DNA of 42,550 nt from the sequence record DRR723986_7361. The stretch is one strand, 5' to 3'. The translations under genes and the position numbers were made by a program. Shown here piece by piece: positions 37,876 through 42,550 of this stretch. Numbering within the stretch: the stretch's first letter is position 1; every line of letters starts with the position of its first letter. The notes beneath the pieces were generated by a model. It saw nothing but the letters and a program-made list of their open reading frames with translations, had not been told where the DNA came from and made no database searches.

Positions 37876-38023
37876 GACTGTTTTATTATCACTAAACTAT
37901 CTTACTACCTAAAGACTAGATGATTAAGCATGCCTTTTTTAAAATTTTTAAAATATATTAATGAAAATAATTGAATATCAATTAATTAGACTACTTTCGC
38001 ACCTTAATTTAATATATTTTAAT

Positions 38024-38215
38024 ATGAGTACTGGTACAGTAAAATTTTTTAATGACTCTAAAGGTTTTGGATTCATAACAGAAGAAGGAAACGGAAAAGA
38101 GCATTTTGTACACATTTCTGGTTTAGTTGATGAAGTGAGAGAAGGTGACAATGTAGAATTCGATTTAACAGAAGGAAAAAAAGGATTAAATGCAGTTAAT
38201 GTAAAAGTTATATAA
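38024..38215 (+). CDS. Cold-shock domain protein
   Basis: 63 aa MSTGTVKFFNDSKGFGFI...FVHIS. Start re-called to ATG 38024. Confidence 0.96.
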   Translation: MSTGTVKFFNDSKGFGFITEEGNGKEHFVHISGLVDEVREGDNVEFDLTEGKKGLNAVNVKVI

Positions 38216-38243
38216 GTATATACCTTACAATCTTTTTAAGAAT

Positions 38244-38270
38244 AAAGCCTATCAATAGATAGGCTTTTTT
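38244..38270. terminator. Intrinsic terminator between convergent genes
   Basis: AAAGCCTATC-aata-GATAGGCTTT followed by TTT. Confidence 0.85.
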
Positions 38271-38275
38271 ATTGC

Positions 38276-39337
38276 TTACATCTGTACATGTTGCTCTTCA
38301 GGAAATTGACTAGGAATACTCTCAAATTCTTCATCAAGCATTTGCCTTAAATCTATTTCAATTCCTCTTGAAATAGTAGAAATTGGGACATCATTAGGAC
38401 CACCTTCAAATGGATTTTCTCCTGTCCGTGCTAAACGTTCCATGGTATGAAATGCCCATGATACAATAGCACAAAACGGAACAGCGATCCAGATAAAATA
38501 TTTACCTACTAGAAAAAAGTCATCTACCATCGTATTCCCTATTTCTGCAAATTCAGGAATTAACCCAAAGGGTAATAGTATGGCAAAAACTCGTGTTAGA
38601 TATAATCCCAAACTAGCATATTGTCTAGGATAAGGAAAGTTCTTAATACGCTCTGATTTTCCCTGATGGGTAAAAAGAGATTCAAGGACATTTTCTAATT
38701 CTAAAAAAGCAAACTCCCATATTAAACCTTTTTCTTTTAACTCCCTAATATGCTTTGATTGCAAGTATAGCAATGCGGTTTGTTTATTACCTTTAGACAA
38801 AACATATTCTCTTTCCTCTTCAGAGAGGTACATCATTAAGTTATCTTCGAGAGTAGATACTTCTTCAGGGATATGAATCATATTACGCCACTCTTGATTC
38901 GTCTTAGCTGTATGCTGTGTTTCCCAACTCTTACGTTGTCTCATAGCGTATCTTAAAGCAGTCATCCAAGCAATATGTCTATAGACTAATGCTTTTTTAT
39001 GTTTCTTTAATTCATCATCAGAAACAGGATTATCACAATACTCGTTAGAGACCATGTCCTGTACTTTCATTCCCCAAGTACGAGATGTATTAACTATGGC
39101 TCCCCAAATCATGCGTGCTTCCCAGATACGACCATAAGCCGAATTATTCTGAAAACCTACAAGAAATGCTACTGCTGTACCAATAAGAGCAACAGGAGTC
39201 CAAGGCACATTTAGAAAAGTAAAACCAAATACTTGATACAATACAGTTATTATACCAGCGTATAAGAGATAAATAAGTGTTTCTCCTCTAGTCCAAAGCA
39301 CCATGTCTTTGACCGAGTATCGTTTTTTGGTTAGCAT
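38276..39337 (-). CDS. Bestrophin family (YneE-like) channel protein
   Basis: GFQNNSAYGRIWEARMIWG, SERIKNFPYP and ENPFEG..NDVP. Confidence 0.9.
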   Translation of the reverse strand: MLTKKRYSVKDMVLWTRGETLIYLLYAGIITVLYQVFGFTFLNVPWTPVALIGTAVAFLVGFQNNSAYGRIWEARMIWGAIVNTSRTWGMKVQDMVSNEYCDNPVSDDELKKHKKALVYRHIAWMTALRYAMRQRKSWETQHTAKTNQEWRNMIHIPEEVSTLEDNLMMYLSEEEREYVLSKGNKQTALLYLQSKHIRELKEKGLIWEFAFLELENVLESLFTHQGKSERIKNFPYPRQYASLGLYLTRVFAILLPFGLIPEFAEIGNTMVDDFFLVGKYFIWIAVPFCAIVSWAFHTMERLARTGENPFEGGPNDVPISTISRGIEIDLRQMLDEEFESIPSQFPEEQHVQM

Positions 39338-39391
39338 TTAATTGAATTTAGTAATGTCTAAGATACATAAATTCTAAAATCAACAATTAGG

Positions 39392-41440
39392 CTAATATTT
39401 TAACAAATCTTCGATTTTCGCCTTTACTTTTTCAGTAGAAGGAATCATTGTCTGTTCTAAGGTAGAGTTAAGTGGAATTGCTGGCATATTTTCACTTCCA
39501 ATGGTCATCACTGGAGCATCTAAATACTTGAAGCATTCTTCTTGTATTTTTCCCGCTAATGCTCTGGCAAAACTATTGTTTGAAGGTTCTTCAGTAACAA
39601 CTAAACATTTCCCTGTTTTCTTAACTGACTTCACGATGGTATCTTCATCTAAAGGATATAAAGTTCTTAAATCAATAATTTCAATTTGATCTCTCATATC
39701 CAATTCACCAGATGCATTATATGCCCAATGCACTCCCATTCCATAAGTAACGACAGTGAGTGTTTCAACATCCTCCTGTTTCCAAATCTCTTGCAGCACC
39801 CAAGCTTTGCCGAAAGGTAATACATAATCTTCCGCTGGCTCTTTTGAAGTTGCCGTTAGTGTTCCTGGTACTTTAGACCAGTACAATCCTTTATGTTCTA
39901 AAATTACAACTGGATTTGGGTCGTGATAAGCCGCTTTCATCAATCCTTTTAAATCAGCACCATTACTCGGATACGCAATTTTTAAACCTCTAATATTAGT
40001 TACCACACTCTCAACTGAAGAGGAATGATATGGACCACCACTTCCATAAGCTCCAATAGGCACTCTTAAAATCATACTTACTGGCCATTTACCATTAGAC
40101 AAGTAACAACTTCGACTCACTTCAGTGAATAATTGATTTAATCCAGGCCATATATAATCGGCAAATTGTACCTCAACAATAGGTTTTAAGCCAACGGCAG
40201 ACATGCCAACTGTAGAACCAACTATGAATGCTTCCTGTATTGGTGTATTAAAGACCCGATTATCACCAAACTTTTGTGCTAATGTCGCAGCTTCTCTAAA
40301 CACACCACCCAATCGTCCACCAACATCCTGTCCATACAACAAACATTCTTTATGCTCACGCATTAATTCCTCTACAGCAAACAAAGCACAGTCCACCATA
40401 ACTACTTTGTCCGCACCTTCAGGTTCGCGTATACCCTCTTCTTGGGTTATTGGAGTTGGCGCAAAATCATGTGTAAATAAATCTTCAGGTTTTGGATCTT
40501 CTGCCTGCAACGCCTTTTGAAAATCTGAAGCTACTTTTGATTGAGCTTCATTCTCTAATTTATTGATTTCTTTTTCAGAAAACCCATTATCCAATAATTG
40601 TTTTCTAAGTACAGGATATGGATCGCGGCAACGTGCTTCTTCTAAATCATCTCTGTACCACTCCATACGTACACCAGAAGTATGATGATTCAATAGTGGT
40701 ACTTTAGCATGTACCAAAAATGGACGACGCTCTTTTCTAATCGTTTTAACAACTTGTTCAATAGCCTCATAGCTTTCAATAAAGTTCGCACCATCAATAG
40801 AAATGGCTTCTAATCCATGGAATCCAGCTGCATATTCTGCTGCATTTTGTGCTCTGGTTTCCGCTTCATTGGCTGAAATATCCCAACCATTATCCTGAAC
40901 TAAATATAAGATTGGCATCTGCTTTAACGCAGCCATCTGAAACGCCTCGGCAATTTCACCTTCTGTAACGGAAGCATCACCTAAGGAGCATACCGATATA
41001 GGGTTTGCGATTGAAGTATCATTTAAGCCTTGTAATTCTTTATACTGCATTCCCATAGCAACACCTGTGGCGGGAATAGCTTGCATTCCAGTCGCTGATG
41101 ATTGATGTGGTATCTTAGGCTTATCTTCATCTTTTAAACTTGGATGCGAATAGTAAGTTCGTCCACCAGAAAATGGATCCTCTTTTTTTGCTAATAATTG
41201 CAAAATAAGATCATAAGGTTCTAAACCAAATGATAATAACATAGCATCATCGCGGTAATAAGGAAATGCATAATCCTGTGGTAACAATTGCATTCCTAAA
41301 GCCACTTGAATCGCTTCATGACCGCGAGATGTCGCATGTACATATTTTGAAACTTGCTTAAAATTTTCTTCGTACAACTCTGCCATGGCTTTTGCTGTGC
41401 AGAGTTTTGAAAACCCTTTTCTTAAAATGTCTCTATTCAT
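39392..41440 (-). CDS. 2-oxoacid dehydrogenase E1, fused alpha/beta (probably branched-chain)
   Basis: TPP motif GDASVTEG...QDNG, YGQDVG...GGVFR, VEVQFADY and HSSS. It abuts the aminotransferase gene with no gap. Confidence 0.92.
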   Translation of the reverse strand: MNRDILRKGFSKLCTAKAMAELYEENFKQVSKYVHATSRGHEAIQVALGMQLLPQDYAFPYYRDDAMLLSFGLEPYDLILQLLAKKEDPFSGGRTYYSHPSLKDEDKPKIPHQSSATGMQAIPATGVAMGMQYKELQGLNDTSIANPISVCSLGDASVTEGEIAEAFQMAALKQMPILYLVQDNGWDISANEAETRAQNAAEYAAGFHGLEAISIDGANFIESYEAIEQVVKTIRKERRPFLVHAKVPLLNHHTSGVRMEWYRDDLEEARCRDPYPVLRKQLLDNGFSEKEINKLENEAQSKVASDFQKALQAEDPKPEDLFTHDFAPTPITQEEGIREPEGADKVVMVDCALFAVEELMREHKECLLYGQDVGGRLGGVFREAATLAQKFGDNRVFNTPIQEAFIVGSTVGMSAVGLKPIVEVQFADYIWPGLNQLFTEVSRSCYLSNGKWPVSMILRVPIGAYGSGGPYHSSSVESVVTNIRGLKIAYPSNGADLKGLMKAAYHDPNPVVILEHKGLYWSKVPGTLTATSKEPAEDYVLPFGKAWVLQEIWKQEDVETLTVVTYGMGVHWAYNASGELDMRDQIEIIDLRTLYPLDEDTIVKSVKKTGKCLVVTEEPSNNSFARALAGKIQEECFKYLDAPVMTIGSENMPAIPLNSTLEQTMIPSTEKVKAKIEDLLKY

Positions 41441-42508
41441 TTAAGCTAATTCCTTTCTTGTTTTCAACATCCAACCAAACTTGTCTTCTTGCTTTCCTGT
41501 TTTAATAGCATTCAAAGTATTATTTACATCTAATCCAATAGGACTTTCATCTGATACATGAATCGTCTCACCTTCTAATCCTATTTCTTGAATATAAGCA
41601 ATCCCAACAGCTGTTCCTGCACCAAAGGCCTCTTCTAAGGTTCCATCATGAGAAGCTTCTTTTATCTCTTGTAAGGTGATTAAACGTTCGGTTACTTTAA
41701 ACCCTTTATCTCTTAATAAGTCGATAACACTCTTTCTGGTTATTCCGTCTAAAACTGAACCATCTAATATTGGCGTTATAAACTCGCCATCAATTTTAAA
41801 GAAGATATTCATCGTTCCTACTTCTTGAATATACTTATGCTCAGCAGCATCTAACCAAAGCACTTGATCATAACCTTTGGCTTTCGCTAGTTCTGTAGGT
41901 CGGATAGCTGCAGCATAATTACCAGCTGCTTTAGCTTCACCAGTTCCTCCATGAGCTGCTCTTATAAACTGTTTTTCTGCCCATAGTTTAATACGCTTAC
42001 TAAAAAATGGACCAGCTGGTGATGCCATAATAATAAACTTGTAATGCGTTGCTGCACGCATACCAATAAAGGGTTCATCTGCGTACATAAAAGGTCTTAG
42101 ATATAAAGCACTACCTTCTTTAGGCGGAATCCAATTATGCTCTAAACTTACTAATTCCTTTAAGCTTTCAACGAACAATTCCTCTGGGAAGTTTGGCATA
42201 CCCATTCGGTCCGCGCTTTTGTTTAAACGCTTAGCGTTTTGCTCTGGTCTAAACAACATTGGCTCTCCTTTAATATTCTTATAAGCTTTCATGCCTTCAA
42301 AAATAGCTTGCCCATAATGCAATGCCATTGCTGCTGGATGCGTTGGAATCATTCCCATTGGAACAATTCTCGGGTTAACCCATTCACCATTCTCAAAATC
42401 ACAGATAAACATGTGGTCTGTGAAGGTAGTTCCTAAAGGTATATTATCGAAATCTAAGTTTTTGACATTAGACTCTTTTACTTTGGTAATATTTATATTG
42501 AAACTCAT
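41441..42508 (-). CDS. ilvE: Branched-chain amino acid aminotransferase
   Basis: LHYGQAIFEGMKAY, LYLRP, AKAAGNY, EVGTMNIF, LDGITR and GAGTA. Confidence 0.95.
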   Translation of the reverse strand: MSFNINITKVKESNVKNLDFDNIPLGTTFTDHMFICDFENGEWVNPRIVPMGMIPTHPAAMALHYGQAIFEGMKAYKNIKGEPMLFRPEQNAKRLNKSADRMGMPNFPEELFVESLKELVSLEHNWIPPKEGSALYLRPFMYADEPFIGMRAATHYKFIIMASPAGPFFSKRIKLWAEKQFIRAAHGGTGEAKAAGNYAAAIRPTELAKAKGYDQVLWLDAAEHKYIQEVGTMNIFFKIDGEFITPILDGSVLDGITRKSVIDLLRDKGFKVTERLITLQEIKEASHDGTLEEAFGAGTAVGIAYIQEIGLEGETIHVSDESPIGLDVNNTLNAIKTGKQEDKFGWMLKTRKELA

Positions 42509-42522
42509 ATTATTAGGTTTAT

Positions 42523-42550
42523 GAGATCCTGAAACAAGTTCAGGATGACA
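42523..42550. repeat. REP-like palindromic intergenic element (may continue past the window edge)
   Basis: GAG-ATCCTGAA-acaag-TTCAGGAT-GACA hairpin with no U-tail. It resembles the GTCATCCTGAACTTGTTTCAG repeat I recall from Flavobacteriaceae. Only one copy is visible here. Confidence 0.65.

Noticed and set aside
37968..37984. TAATTGA-ATA-TCAATTA inverted repeat before the cold-shock gene
   Set aside because: Almost all A/T in a very AT-rich spacer, and the spacing does not fit FNR; likely chance.
37961..38023. 21-aa N-terminal extension of the cold-shock protein
   Set aside because: The family start MSTGTVK is at 38024, and a -7-like box (TACTTTCG, 37992-37999) lies inside the extension.
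1..42550. CRISPR arrays, tRNA/rRNA, riboswitches, IS, prophage or defence genes
   Set aside because: None recognised by eye. Intergenic gaps are short and explained by promoters and terminators. An Rfam/Infernal scan would be needed to exclude small RNAs.

Overview
AT-rich chromosomal window from a Flavobacteriaceae (Bacteroidota) genome. The assignment is inferred from SusC/SusD genes, a T9SS cargo protein and TAnnTTTG-type promoters. It is mostly core or semi-core genes: a putative OM beta-barrel, a SusC/SusD/lipoprotein trio, rnhB, a YejK/NdpA-family protein, lipB, lysS, hemL, GH73-LysM, hutU, SulP, a cold-shock protein, bestrophin, a fused E1 alpha/beta 2-oxoacid dehydrogenase and ilvE. 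I saw no tRNA, rRNA, CRISPR array, transposase, integrase or phage gene. Beyond the ORF track I found a 53-aa Cys-rich ORF coupled to hutU, a doubly broken alpha/beta-hydrolase pseudogene, a probable truncated gene, about ten terminators, an ECF-type promoter, several palindromic sites and a REP-like hairpin. I cannot demonstrate a new system. The best candidates are (i) a membrane-anchored LuxR, palindromic site, DUF1573 and CxxS-thioredoxin/TPR module, (ii) a winged-helix-like tail on LysRS, and (iii) an orphan diheme cytochrome c lipoprotein. All family calls come from motif recognition, not database searches.
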